From the NCBI GenBank assembly GCA_963815455.1, contig CAWFGO010000001.1, positions 1,024,001 to 1,088,000 of the forward strand: a stretch of 64,000 bases of DNA, given 5' to 3'. This document shows, piece by piece, positions 14,243 through 23,294 of this stretch. The notes under the pieces are model-generated. The model was not told the DNA's origin. It was given only the letters and a program-made list of their open reading frames with translations, and searched no databases. The translations under genes were made by a program, and so were the position numbers. Origin of the DNA: an uncultured Verrucomicrobiae bacterium. Lineage in GTDB: Bacteria; Verrucomicrobiota; Verrucomicrobiia; Chthoniobacterales; UBA10450. How positions within the stretch are numbered: position 1 is the stretch's first letter; every line of letters begins with the position of its first letter.

Positions 14243-14918
14243 ATGACCCCTCCGATTTACTCAGCGGTTAGAGCAGTAGGCGTTTTGAAACCGAAGTTTC
14301 AACAGGTTCCTGGCGGGCAAGTGTTTGCAGATTCTTTGGACGTTCGCGGCACCGCGTTTTGGTTGAAGAACGAAAAGCTCCTTATTACTTGTGCACACGT
14401 AGTTCACGGCCTTGTGGGTGCTCCGTTAGAAGTGGCGGGACTCTTGGTTGTCGGCAATCAAGGAAACTTTCAGCGAGCGACAATCGGAATCGTCGACTAC
14501 GCTCGTGATCTCGCTATTTTGAATTTGTCGCTTCCGCCAAACGTACTCGCAAATGTTGTTGAATCGGAAGCCGCTACTGGCTTGCTAATAGCCAATACTT
14601 ATCCTGAAGTCGGTGCTCGGGTTGGGTAAGCGGGATTTCCACTGGGACAACAACTTCTCGCATCGTCGCCTTCATCCGACATATGCAGTCGGAGTGATCG
14701 GAACTCAGGTTCGCCAACAGGGGAATCGCAAAGATGTGCAAATTTCCGGTCCAGTTGTGGGCGGCTACAGCGGTTCGCCTGTGGTGCTAGAAGATTCTCC
14801 GAGTTCAGTTATCGGCATTGTTAGCAACAGCCCATCCCCAGAGGCTGGCCAAGCCGGAATCTTTATGGCGACATCGTGGGAGCACATTGCCGCCCTCGCG
14901 CGGCTTGCGAACTCCTAA
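14243..14918 (+). CDS. Trypsin-like serine protease, interrupted (TAA at 14627-14629 plus frameshift)
   Basis: Catalytic triad motifs TCAHVV, DLAIL, GYSGSPV; G(*)AGFPLG around the stop. Confidence 0.75.
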
Positions 14919-15090
14919 AGCAGCCGTTATGCAACATCGTGACGAGGCGCGGGGCCTTGATCTTGCTTCCTAAAGCCTACGACTTATATTTGGCTCGACT
15001 CAACCCGATCCCGCCCGTATAGACAGTTGCCAGCATTGTTCCCCTCGGATTACATCGACGTGAAGGCAAATTTGGTATTTAATTAACTGC

Positions 15091-15393
15091 ATGCCAGAAG
15101 CCGACCCGAACGCTCGAGGCGTTGTTGTACTCTCGCCCGACAAAACACTATATTTTAACGGGTTCCAAATCGCGATTGGAATGGGAGATGTGATTGTCAC
15201 ATTAATGCGCAATGGAGCACCTGTGACGACACTTAACGCTTCTTACACAGTGGCGAAATCCTTCGGCGAGTCTGTAACGACGGCAATAAAGAAGCTGGAA
15301 GAAGGTACGAATCACCAAATCATGACCGTTGAGACAGTCATTAAGGGAATGGAATCTGCAAAAGAGCCGCCAAGATCTAAATCCGCCGCATGA
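15091..15393 (+). CDS. Hypothetical protein, DUF3467-like
   Basis: YFNGFQI...DVIVTL...S...AKSF pattern; ATGA overlap with next gene. Confidence 0.5.
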   Translation: MPEADPNARGVVVLSPDKTLYFNGFQIAIGMGDVIVTLMRNGAPVTTLNASYTVAKSFGESVTTAIKKLEEGTNHQIMTVETVIKGMESAKEPPRSKSAA

Positions 15394-15980
15394 GCTACGC
15401 GATTATTGAAGAATTGCCGCATCGCGTTTGGGTGATGGGTGGACTATTCGGTGCCGCATCGCATCAATTCGGTCCAGCTACAGCACTAGAAAAGCTATCG
15501 ACTTTTTCGCGCTTGGGCCCTGGATGGTCTAACGGTATCGGAGACCCTATCTCTCCGATTGCGTTGTCGGTCGCGGCTATGCTAATAAACAAGATTAGCG
15601 ATGCTGGTTTCACACAAACGGACGCGTTTCCGGCCGTGGATGGCGGTGTTAGCGTTGCGCTGTATTTTCCGTACGGTGGAGATTTATCTTTCAGAATCAA
15701 TCCTAACGCTTTGATTGACATCGACAGCGAAGCTGAACCTGATTTTGAACCGATAGAGAACAAAAACTTTCTTGAGGTGTTCGAGCTACTCGAACCATTT
15801 TCAGTAACGCCATGGAACTCATCCTATTGCTCCACATCTCCAATTATGATGAACACGAGCAACGCTTTCACAGCCAATCGTTTGAGAGCTCAAGTGATGG
15901 GAGCGGTATCTCGGTTATCGACAGAGAATGCATTGACGGCACAGGTCGTTCCGTATGCGATCATGCGGTCGTGTACCTAT
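15390..15980 (+). CDS. Hypothetical protein (possible antitoxin; 3' end uncertain, appears fused to next gene by a frameshift)
   Basis: L..GWS.G.G.PIS...DAFP..DGGVSV; S/T-rich tail overlapping the next gene in another frame. Confidence 0.45.
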
Positions 15981-16250
15981 CGGCAAATAACAATCGACCC
16001 TGTTATTTTTTGGCAGTTCGACTCAGCGATTCTGCCACAGGGAGTTCAGCTCGTTCATGAGCGCAGCGACACGAGCGATCCCTGCCACGTAAACATCAAA
16101 GGATTAGAGAAGCGTCAATCCAAGAAATTCTTCAAGCGGTTGCAAAAGCAACAACAACTGATCTTTCGAATTTGCGCATCTCAAGGAGAACAGCTCGCGA
16201 CTCCCGAAGATCTGAAGCGCGAGAGAGAGGCCTTCTTCAGTCAACGCTGA
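15812..16250 (+). CDS. Putative ART/RES-like toxin (reconstructed across a frameshift near 15970)
   Basis: RF.SQSF..S.DGSGISV in the 15812 frame joined to DPCHVNI in the 16250 frame. Confidence 0.35.
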
Positions 16251-16458
16251 GCGATTTGCACCGTGGTCGCGTCTAAGTATTTGGACATTTGCACGGCCGA
16301 GAAAACTGGCCGCAGATCAGCCTTTGCCAAGGCTTCCGTCTTCGCTACCTCCTTCGCTAAAGCTACGGCGCGTCAGGGAGGCTACGACGTGACGTGCCGG
16401 CGTGGCAGGCGCAGATTCGACAATTGCTGAAACCGCGGCTGCAGATTAAACTTAATCG

Positions 16459-16675
16459 ATGATTGATTGGAACGCTTGTCAGGCAGTTGAACGCTCGCCA
16501 GACGCTGAGCGGCGCATGGCGATTCAAAAGCACACGCGTACCGGTCAAGGCGCTGTTTGAAAACCTTGAGTCTGGCGCAACGGTCGATCAGTTTCTGGAA
16601 TGGTTTCCCGGAGTGAAACGGGAACAGGTACTGGCCGTGCTTGAGTGCGCGGAGCAAAGCCTCGCGGTTACGTAG
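16459..16675 (+). CDS. DUF433 antitoxin-like protein (frameshift near 16503)
   Basis: MIDW..CQAVER..., SGAWRFKSTRVPVKALFENLESGATVDQFLEWFPGV. Confidence 0.85.
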
Positions 16676-16680
16676 TTCTC

Positions 16681-16848
16681 GTGCGCATTCTCTTTGATCA
16701 GGGGACGCCCGCGCCGCTGCGCGATCACCTCGCGGAGCATGAAGTCACAACCGCGGCAGAAAAAGGCTGGTCGGCGCTTTCCAACGGCGAACTGCTCGAT
16801 GCAGCCGAGCGCGAGTTTGATTTGGGCGAAATAAGTAGGGCGAAATAA
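16681..16848 (+). pseudogene. Truncated DUF5615 PIN-like toxin
   Basis: MRILFDQGTPAPLR..L..HEV.T...GW..L.NGELL.AAE.EFD, then broken by a duplicated 14-mer and a GGGGTC motif. Confidence 0.75.
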
Positions 16849-17098
16849 GTAGGGGTCAGGCATCAAATCTTGACAGGTTTTTTCAGAGGACAGAAACGGG
16901 TCGGTCCTTTTTTCTTACATTTTGGCTGACAGAACCCAGGCAAGGGCCGACACGGAACTAAAGATCGCCATCGTCGAAATCCCGTCGCGGGATCGGGGCT
17001 AAGCGCAAACCGAAACTACGTTTTGCTTTGGCGAGAGGGTCCGGCTGTTTGCTTTTGATCCACCTTGCCTGGTTGTTCCTTTCGGCTAATCTTCAGTC

Positions 17099-17284
17099 AT
17101 GCACGCGACCGCGATAGTGGAAGGGAAAGTCGTCCGATTCAAGCTCTCGCCGGCGCTAGCACGCGCGCATCGCGAAAACCGCGGCAAAATCATGACCGGA
17201 CAAAAAGCGGTCGCGGTCGTAGAAGCTAAGCGGCGCGCGCGGACATTGCGGCGCGCCAAACCCTATCTTGAGAGTCGTCCTTGA
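17099..17284 (+). CDS. Putative antitoxin
   Basis: 61-aa basic ORF overlapping the PIN gene. Confidence 0.55.
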   Translation: MHATAIVEGKVVRFKLSPALARAHRENRGKIMTGQKAVAVVEAKRRARTLRRAKPYLESRP

Positions 17285-17684
17285 TACATGCATCCTCAAG
17301 CTGGCCACGTTCCCTGCCGAGAACAATGCTTCGGCGCTCGTCTTTGAGCTCGCGCGATCCGGTTTAATCGAATCTTGGGCCAGCCCTGCGATTTTCGAGG
17401 AATACGCCAACGTCCTCGACGACCGCCCTGATCTTGTTGCGGAAATCGTGGAAAGCTGTCGTCTTTGCCACCCGCTTACAGAACTGCGCATCATCCGCCA
17501 TGAGCCGGACAATCGTTTTCTGGAGTGTGCCTTCGCCGCAAACGCCGACTACATTATCACCGTCAACACTGCTCCCGGACATTTCGATCGGAAAGAATTT
17601 CAGACTGTGCGTGTTATCACGCCTGGCGAATTCGTAAATCTGCGGGGTGTCGCGCTCTTAGTTCAAAAACTCGCCGACCGCTGA
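17268..17684 (+). CDS. PIN-domain toxin
   Basis: RVVLDTC, EEY..VL, DNRFLECA...ADYIIT.N..HF. Confidence 0.9.
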   Translation: MRVVLDTCILKLATFPAENNASALVFELARSGLIESWASPAIFEEYANVLDDRPDLVAEIVESCRLCHPLTELRIIRHEPDNRFLECAFAANADYIITVNTAPGHFDRKEFQTVRVITPGEFVNLRGVALLVQKLADR

Positions 17685-17814
17685 GACCCGCTGCTCGATC
17701 TCGGAAAGACAGAAAGGGGTCGGTCGTGAAGCCCCGAGAAATCTAACCACGGATTGCGCGGATTACACGGATACGGAAATTGCTGAAACAGCGGCTGGGG
17801 GTTAAACTTGGTCG

Positions 17815-18024
17815 ATGATCGATTGGAGCACGTGCCAGGCAGTTGAACGTTCGGCCGATACCCTGAGCGGCGCGTGGCGATTCAAGAGCACACGCGTTCC
17901 GGTCAAAGCGCTGTTTGAGAATCTCGAGTCGGGCGCAACGGTCGATCAGTTTCTGGAATGGTTCCCCGGGGTGAAACGGGAACAGGTGCTGGCCGCGTTG
18001 GATTGCGCGGAGCAGAAGAACTAA
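17815..18024 (+). CDS. DUF433 antitoxin-like protein (second, near-identical copy, no partner toxin)
   Basis: Same sequence core as 16459-16675. Confidence 0.88.
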   Translation: MIDWSTCQAVERSADTLSGAWRFKSTRVPVKALFENLESGATVDQFLEWFPGVKREQVLAALDCAEQKN

Positions 18025-18111
18025 CCGCAGATTTCGCGGATTTACGCAGATTCGGAAATTGCCGAAACACCGGCGGCGCGGTAGAATTGTCGATCGGAAG
18101 AAAGATCGAAA

Positions 18112-18303
18112 ATGACCGCGGAACAAATACTCAAGGAAATCGAAGCACTGCCAAAACCGGAGCGAGAACGCTTGGTTCAGCGGATGCGTGAATCGCAATC
18201 GACCGAGATTCCTCAGGATTTCATTGATGCCCTGGAGGACTTCGATAAACAGCGGTTCGTTTCCATGGAAACGGCGCTCAATGAAAAGCCGCCCGGCGCG
18301 TGA
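18112..18303 (+). CDS. Putative antitoxin
   Basis: MTAEQILKEIEALP..ER..L; GTGA overlap with toxin. Confidence 0.7.
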   Translation: MTAEQILKEIEALPKPERERLVQRMRESQSTEIPQDFIDALEDFDKQRFVSMETALNEKPPGA

Positions 18304-18576
18304 ACTATCAGTATCGCGCCGTTGAAAAATTCTGGCGGAATTTCTTACAAACTCAGAAGCGAGCAGAAAGAGTCAGTCCGACAAGCCTGGCAAGTTTTCA
18401 AGCGCGATCCGTTTCATCCGTCGCTGGGATCACATGAGATTCAAGAGCTCTCCGCCAGGGCCAAACACACGATTTACAGCGCCGTAGTCGAGGCGGACCT
18501 GCGCGTGATATTCCGAATCGACGGGTCCTGGGTAACCACGCTCGATGTCGGCACGCACAAGATGTATCGAGGCTAA
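18300..18576 (+). CDS. RelE/ParE-superfamily toxin (frameshift near 18345)
   Basis: Y.A..KFW..., F..DPFHPSL..H.I, DLRVIF, DVGTH. Confidence 0.8.
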
Positions 18577-18619
18577 GACGGCTGTTGAACTGAGTGAGCG
18601 CAATCGTAGGTTCGAATTG

Positions 18620-18775
18620 ATGGCTCACGTCCGTAAAGACACGCTCGCGAAGACGGTGCAATGGTGGAAGCATTTGCGGCCGTATTGGAAGCGCCGGCAA
18701 CAGCGTCGGGAACGAGTCGCCTCAAGCAAACTGATCCGCGCCGAATGGGACACGCAAACGCAGCTTCGGAAATAG
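18620..18775 (+). CDS. Small basic hypothetical protein
   Basis: MAHVRKDTL..TVQWWKHLRPYWKR; fills the gap between cassettes. Confidence 0.45.
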   Translation: MAHVRKDTLAKTVQWWKHLRPYWKRRQQRRERVASSKLIRAEWDTQTQLRK

Positions 18776-18841
18776 GCTCCTTTTGTGGACGTGCTTTACT
18801 GATTGTTTGCGCTGAAGCAACCAGTGACGCAGAATTGAGGC

Positions 18842-19039
18842 ATGAGCGTCCGGGAGATTGAATCCGCAGTTGAACGCCTGCCCAGTGACCAGCTGGCTGC
18901 ATTTGCCAAATGGTTTGAGGAGTTTGTGGCTGAAGCATGGGATCGCAAGTTCGAAGCGGACGTTGCTGCGGGTAAGCTCGATCATCTTGCCAAACAGGCC
19001 GACGAAGACTTTGAAGCTGGCCGCTGCACTCCGCTTTGA
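18842..19039 (+). CDS. Putative antitoxin
   Basis: RBS gagg; W...WD..FE.DV.AGKLD motif; TTGA overlap with toxin start. Confidence 0.75.
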   Translation: MSVREIESAVERLPSDQLAAFAKWFEEFVAEAWDRKFEADVAAGKLDHLAKQADEDFEAGRCTPL

Positions 19040-19104
19040 AGCATTTTGCGACGCCGCAATTCTGGTTTTGCTACAGAGAGCTCCCACCGGATGTCCGGCA
19101 GCTC
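19036..19104 (+). pseudogene. N-terminal fragment of RelE/ParE-like toxin
   Basis: MKHFATPQFWFCYRELPPDVRQL, then cut just before a GGGGTC motif. Confidence 0.65.
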
Positions 19105-19286
19105 GGGACGCGAGAGACGGGGTCGCGTCTATAAACATTCGACATTTGCCCGGCCAAGAAAACTGACCGCAGATCAGCCTTTGCCAAGGCTACGGCCTGA
19201 CAGGTTGCGCTGATTACGCAGATTAGTAATCGCAGTTGAGGGAGGTTTTGCTTTGCGCGCTCCTCTGTTTGAATGACAATACGGAA

Positions 19287-19670
19287 ATGAATCTTCAGGA
19301 GCTTGAAGCGGCGATGCGCACTCTCTCGCGCGAAGAACTGGCTGCATTCCGCAAGTGGTTCATTGAATTCGACTGGGAGGCATGGGACAAGGAAATCGAG
19401 GAAGACGTTGCCGCCGGGCGATTCGACGCGGTGATCCGGGAAGTTGATGAGGACGTCCGCGCCGGTCGACTCACTGATCTTCCGCTGCCGGCGAAGACGA
19501 TAGTGCTCGAGGCAATTCAGAAATTGCCGGATCGATCGACGTTCGAGGAAATCCGCCAACGGATCGAGTTCATTGCTGGCGTGCGAAAAGGATTGGACGA
19601 GATCGAGCGCGGGGAAATCGTGTCGCTCGATGAAGTGGAAAAGAAGATCGACAAGTGGGCTACCAAATAG
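19287..19670 (+). CDS. Fusion of two antitoxin-like domains
   Basis: N-half homologous to the 18842 antitoxin; C-half AK..V...I..LPD..T.EEI...I.F...V.KGL..I..G. Confidence 0.7.
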   Translation: MNLQELEAAMRTLSREELAAFRKWFIEFDWEAWDKEIEEDVAAGRFDAVIREVDEDVRAGRLTDLPLPAKTIVLEAIQKLPDRSTFEEIRQRIEFIAGVRKGLDEIERGEIVSLDEVEKKIDKWATK

Positions 19671-19957
19671 TCCTGTCGCGAACGGCTGAGACCGATCTGG
19701 CAGAAATTGTCGAGTACATCGCCCGCGACAATCCCGCCGCCGCAGCGCGGTTCGGCCACGAACTCGTAAGACACACTCGCAAGCTCGAACATTTCCCGCA
19801 GATAGGCCGCGTTGTGCCCGAATTCCGAGTCAACACACTGCGTGAATTAATTCATTCCTCGTATCGAATTGTTTATCAGATCAATGAGCAACAGAAGATA
19901 ATCGAAGTTGCCCGGTTCTGGCATGCCGCGAGAGGAACTCCGCAAGTGGGCAGCTAG
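19655..19957 (+). CDS. RelE/ParE family toxin
   Basis: A..DL.EI..YIA.DNP.AA, FP.IGRVVPE, RELI..SYRIVY, FWHAAR. Confidence 0.92.
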   Translation: MGYQIVLSRTAETDLAEIVEYIARDNPAAAARFGHELVRHTRKLEHFPQIGRVVPEFRVNTLRELIHSSYRIVYQINEQQKIIEVARFWHAARGTPQVGS

Positions 19958-20130
19958 CAACGCAAGTCTCCTTGAGGCGCTAATAAGGAAAGCTCGCCAC
20001 GACGAGTTCGTCCGTTGGCGGACAGGAAGGCAGGAAATGGTTTCCTTTCCGGCTTCCTGGGAGTTTTGGTACGCATCCCTTCCTGCGTTCCTGCTTTCCT
20101 TATTCCTCCTAATGGCTACGCTCGGGCGTC

Positions 20131-21534
20131 ATGGTTGCTGTGGCTGAGCCGGAAGATGCGGCGCCGTTAACGGGCGAAGAACATGTGCCCGATTTTCTCG
20201 GGCACCCGCGCGGGCTGTGGTATCTCGCGTTCACCGAAGCGTGGGAACGTTTCTCCTTCTACGGGATGCAGGCGCTCCTGGTTCTCTACATGTCGAAGTA
20301 CCTGCTTCTTTCGGGGCACGTCGAGAATGTCGTCGGGTTCGGCTTTGTCCGATGGCTGTATCCCAATCTCAACGGTCAACCGCTCGCCTCCGAAATCTTC
20401 GGCAATTACACCGCGTTCGTTTATCTGACACCGATCCTGGGCGGGTTCGTGGCCGACCGGTTCCTGGGCCGGCGCCAGGCCGTGCTGCTCGGCGCGCTCA
20501 CGATGGCCGCAGGCCATTTTCTCATGGCCTTCGAGGGCGCTTTTCTTTTCGCGCTGCTCTGTCTCGTCATGGGGTGCGGTTTGTTCAAAGGGAACATCGC
20601 CAGTCAGGTCGGCGCGCTTTATAAGCCGGAAGATCGCCGGAGCGACGACGCTTTTCAGATTTTTTATCTCGGTATTAATTTCGGCGTCATCGCGTCGCCC
20701 TTCATCGTTGGAACGCTGGGCGAAAAAGTCGGCTGGCATTACGGATTCACCGCTGCCGGGGTGGGCATGCTGCTCGCGATCGCTATCTTTCTGTCCGGTC
20801 AAAAGTACCTGCGCGGCTCCGACAACAAACCAACCGGGGCGGTGGCGGTGAAGAAGCAGAAACTCACCGGGCCCGAATGGAAGGCGGTGATTGCCCTGGT
20901 CGTTCTTATTCCGGTGCTGGCCGTCTCGATCGTGCCTAACAATCAGATCTTCAACGCCTACCTGGTCTGGGCCGATCAGCAGTTCGACCTGAAGTTCTTC
21001 AATTACACCGTGCCGACTACCTGGCTGGTGTCGCTCGATGCGGTGGTCTCGGTCAGTTTCCTGGCGATCGTCGCGCTCTTTTATCGCTGGTATGGCAAGC
21101 GCTGGAAAGAACCGGATGAAATAACAAAGATCATCATCGGCTCGATCTTCTCGATCGGCGGCATGCTGTGCCTGTTCATCGCCGCCAGCAGCCATGGCCC
21201 CGGCCAAAAGATCGGTCTTTTCTGGCCGGTGACGTTTCATTTCGTCAACAGCATCGGTTTCGCTCATCTGTTGCCGATCAGTCTCGCGCTCTTTGCCAAG
21301 TGCGCGCCGAAAGCGGTCAACGCGACCGTTATTGGCCTGTATTACATTGCCTTCTTTTGCGCGAACAAACTGGTGGGGAAAATCGGCGCGCTTTACACGA
21401 CCATGCCCACGCCGAAGTTCTGGCTGCTGCACGCCGGGCTCGCGGCTGGAGCGGGTCTTTGCTTTTTGATCTTCAAACTCGTGGCCGGCCGGGCGCTGGC
21501 AGGGAATGCAGCCGCTGAAGCCGCGGTGAGTTGA
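20131..21534 (+). CDS. POT/PTR family proton-dependent oligopeptide transporter
   Basis: GHPRGL, EAWERFSFYGM, GG..ADR.LG, FQIFY..IN.G. Confidence 0.95.
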   Translation: MVAVAEPEDAAPLTGEEHVPDFLGHPRGLWYLAFTEAWERFSFYGMQALLVLYMSKYLLLSGHVENVVGFGFVRWLYPNLNGQPLASEIFGNYTAFVYLTPILGGFVADRFLGRRQAVLLGALTMAAGHFLMAFEGAFLFALLCLVMGCGLFKGNIASQVGALYKPEDRRSDDAFQIFYLGINFGVIASPFIVGTLGEKVGWHYGFTAAGVGMLLAIAIFLSGQKYLRGSDNKPTGAVAVKKQKLTGPEWKAVIALVVLIPVLAVSIVPNNQIFNAYLVWADQQFDLKFFNYTVPTTWLVSLDAVVSVSFLAIVALFYRWYGKRWKEPDEITKIIIGSIFSIGGMLCLFIAASSHGPGQKIGLFWPVTFHFVNSIGFAHLLPISLALFAKCAPKAVNATVIGLYYIAFFCANKLVGKIGALYTTMPTPKFWLLHAGLAAGAGLCFLIFKLVAGRALAGNAAAEAAVS

Positions 21535-21554
21535 TCCGCCTGCGCAGAACTTCC

Positions 21555-21840
21555 GCCGACCTAATTCCTGGCTTCCTGGGTTCCTGATTAGAAGGCGTTC
21601 TTTGCTTCGCGAACTTCGTGTCCTTCGTGGGTGAAAACGGAAGTGATGAGTGACCGGTGACGGACGACGAGAAATTTGAATTAGGAAAATATGAACGCAG
21701 GAAGATGGATCGAGACAGAATTAGCAGAATTTACATGATCCGAAGAAAGGGATCCGAACCGGCCATCCGTGATTCTGTAGAATTGTGTAAATCCTGTCTG
21801 ATTTTCCTCGCTTCCTGGGTTCCCGATTAAACAGAATTAT
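21555..21840. repeat. Intergenic cluster of short tandem/inverted repeats
   Basis: ttcctggcttcctg, cttcgcgaacttcgtgtccttcgtgg, acagaattagcagaatt / attctgtagaattgtgtaaatcctgt. Confidence 0.55.
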
Positions 21841-21876
21841 TTAGACAATTCTCTTTGTGGGCGGCGTCCTCTTTGG

Positions 21877-22638
21877 ATGGCCAGAGCATGTAATCGCAAT
21901 CTGATTTCGGTCCTCATTGGATCGGTCCTCGGCGTCGCACTGTTCGGCTGTAATCACGCTGCCACGACGACCGAAGAAGTGATCGACTTGAATACCAAGG
22001 CGATGGGTGGTCGAGCTGCGATCGAGGCGGTGAACTCGATCCAGGTTGATCTTCACATTGTCGATCCTGGTTTTGAAGTGGATGGCATCTATCGCGCGGC
22101 CCGCCCGGGCCGGATGCGAATCGACGTCATGATGAAGGGCAAACATGTTTTTACCGAAGCTTTTGATGGGAAACATGGGTGGGAGTGGACCGGCAAAGGC
22201 AACCAGGTTCCTGCGTCAGATAAAGCCACTGCCGCGTTACGCCACGGTGTCGAACTTCCCGGGAAACTGTTTGGCTTGCACGAGATCAAGAAACGGGAGC
22301 ATCGCCTTGAGTTGGTCGGACGAGAGAACGTGGATGGCGTTAATTATCATGTGCTTCGGCTCACGCTGAACGATGGTTATACGACCACTCTTTATGTCGA
22401 TCCTAGGAGCTGGTTGATCACGCGACGTCGGGATTTTCGGCCGCTGCATGTCGATATCGACCCGACGCCGACCACGATCGAGCAGCGCAGTTCGGATTTC
22501 CGGGAGATTTCCGGGGTGCAATTCGCCTTTGCCAATACCGAGATTGACCTGAAGACGGGCAAGGTCCTCGAATCCACCAAGGTCAACAGAATCGAAGTTA
22601 ATCCGTCGATCGATTCATCGATCTTCGAGAAGCTCTAA
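21877..22638 (+). CDS. Putative lipoprotein (LolA-like beta fold)
   Basis: Lipobox LFGC; AMGG..A...V.S, FDGK.GW, SDFREISGV.F. Confidence 0.65.
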   Translation: MARACNRNLISVLIGSVLGVALFGCNHAATTTEEVIDLNTKAMGGRAAIEAVNSIQVDLHIVDPGFEVDGIYRAARPGRMRIDVMMKGKHVFTEAFDGKHGWEWTGKGNQVPASDKATAALRHGVELPGKLFGLHEIKKREHRLELVGRENVDGVNYHVLRLTLNDGYTTTLYVDPRSWLITRRRDFRPLHVDIDPTPTTIEQRSSDFREISGVQFAFANTEIDLKTGKVLESTKVNRIEVNPSIDSSIFEKL

Positions 22639-22764
22639 GCGCGAGCGCATGGGAGAATTGACCGCGGATTACACAGATTCCGCAGATTCGATAATTGCTG
22701 AAACGACGGCTGCACCGGAGCGCGTTGCTTTTCGGCAGGTGCCGGTTATCGTGCGACCCTCTTT

Positions 22765-23277
22765 ATGAAACTGACAATCTGCACTGCTTCGATTTTCCTT
22801 TCTCTTCTACTGGGCGCGTCCGGCGCGACGCCGACGGATGAATCGATTGACCGGATGATGGCGGCCATGCACGTCGAAAAATCACTCGATCAGATTTTTC
22901 TCCAGTTAGACGCCGGGGTAAAAAATGGGCTGGAAGAAGGCTTGCAGCGGTCCCTCCAGGGCCGGGACCTTAGCGCCAGTCAAAAAGAAGCGGTCGACAC
23001 ATTCGCGAGGAAACTGAGCGTCACTCTGAAAGACGAACTGTCGTTCGCCAAGATGAAGGCGGTTTATCTCCAGGCTTATCGGGAAACTCTTACCCAGGAA
23101 GAGGTAAACAGTCTCACCGCGTTTTACAGCTCACCGGCCGGCCAAAGTGTGGTGGACAAGATCCCGCTAGCCATGCAAAAGGCCGGTGTCCTGATGCAAC
23201 CGCGCATCCGACCCGTCCTCGAAAAAATCCAAGGCATGGAGCATGATTTTGCCAAAGAGCTGGCGAAAACGAAGTAG
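22765..23277 (+). CDS. DUF2059 domain secreted protein
   Basis: Signal peptide; Y..T.T.EE...L.AFYSSP.GQ. Confidence 0.85.
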   Translation: MKLTICTASIFLSLLLGASGATPTDESIDRMMAAMHVEKSLDQIFLQLDAGVKNGLEEGLQRSLQGRDLSASQKEAVDTFARKLSVTLKDELSFAKMKAVYLQAYRETLTQEEVNSLTAFYSSPAGQSVVDKIPLAMQKAGVLMQPRIRPVLEKIQGMEHDFAKELAKTK

Positions 23278-23294
23278 ACCTCTTCGAGCTCGAT

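Noticed and set aside
17741..17807. ATCTAAC...GTTAAAC as an integron attC site
   Set aside because: No complementary L boxes; the homologous copy at 16444 reads GATTAAAC, fitting a -10 element; no intI
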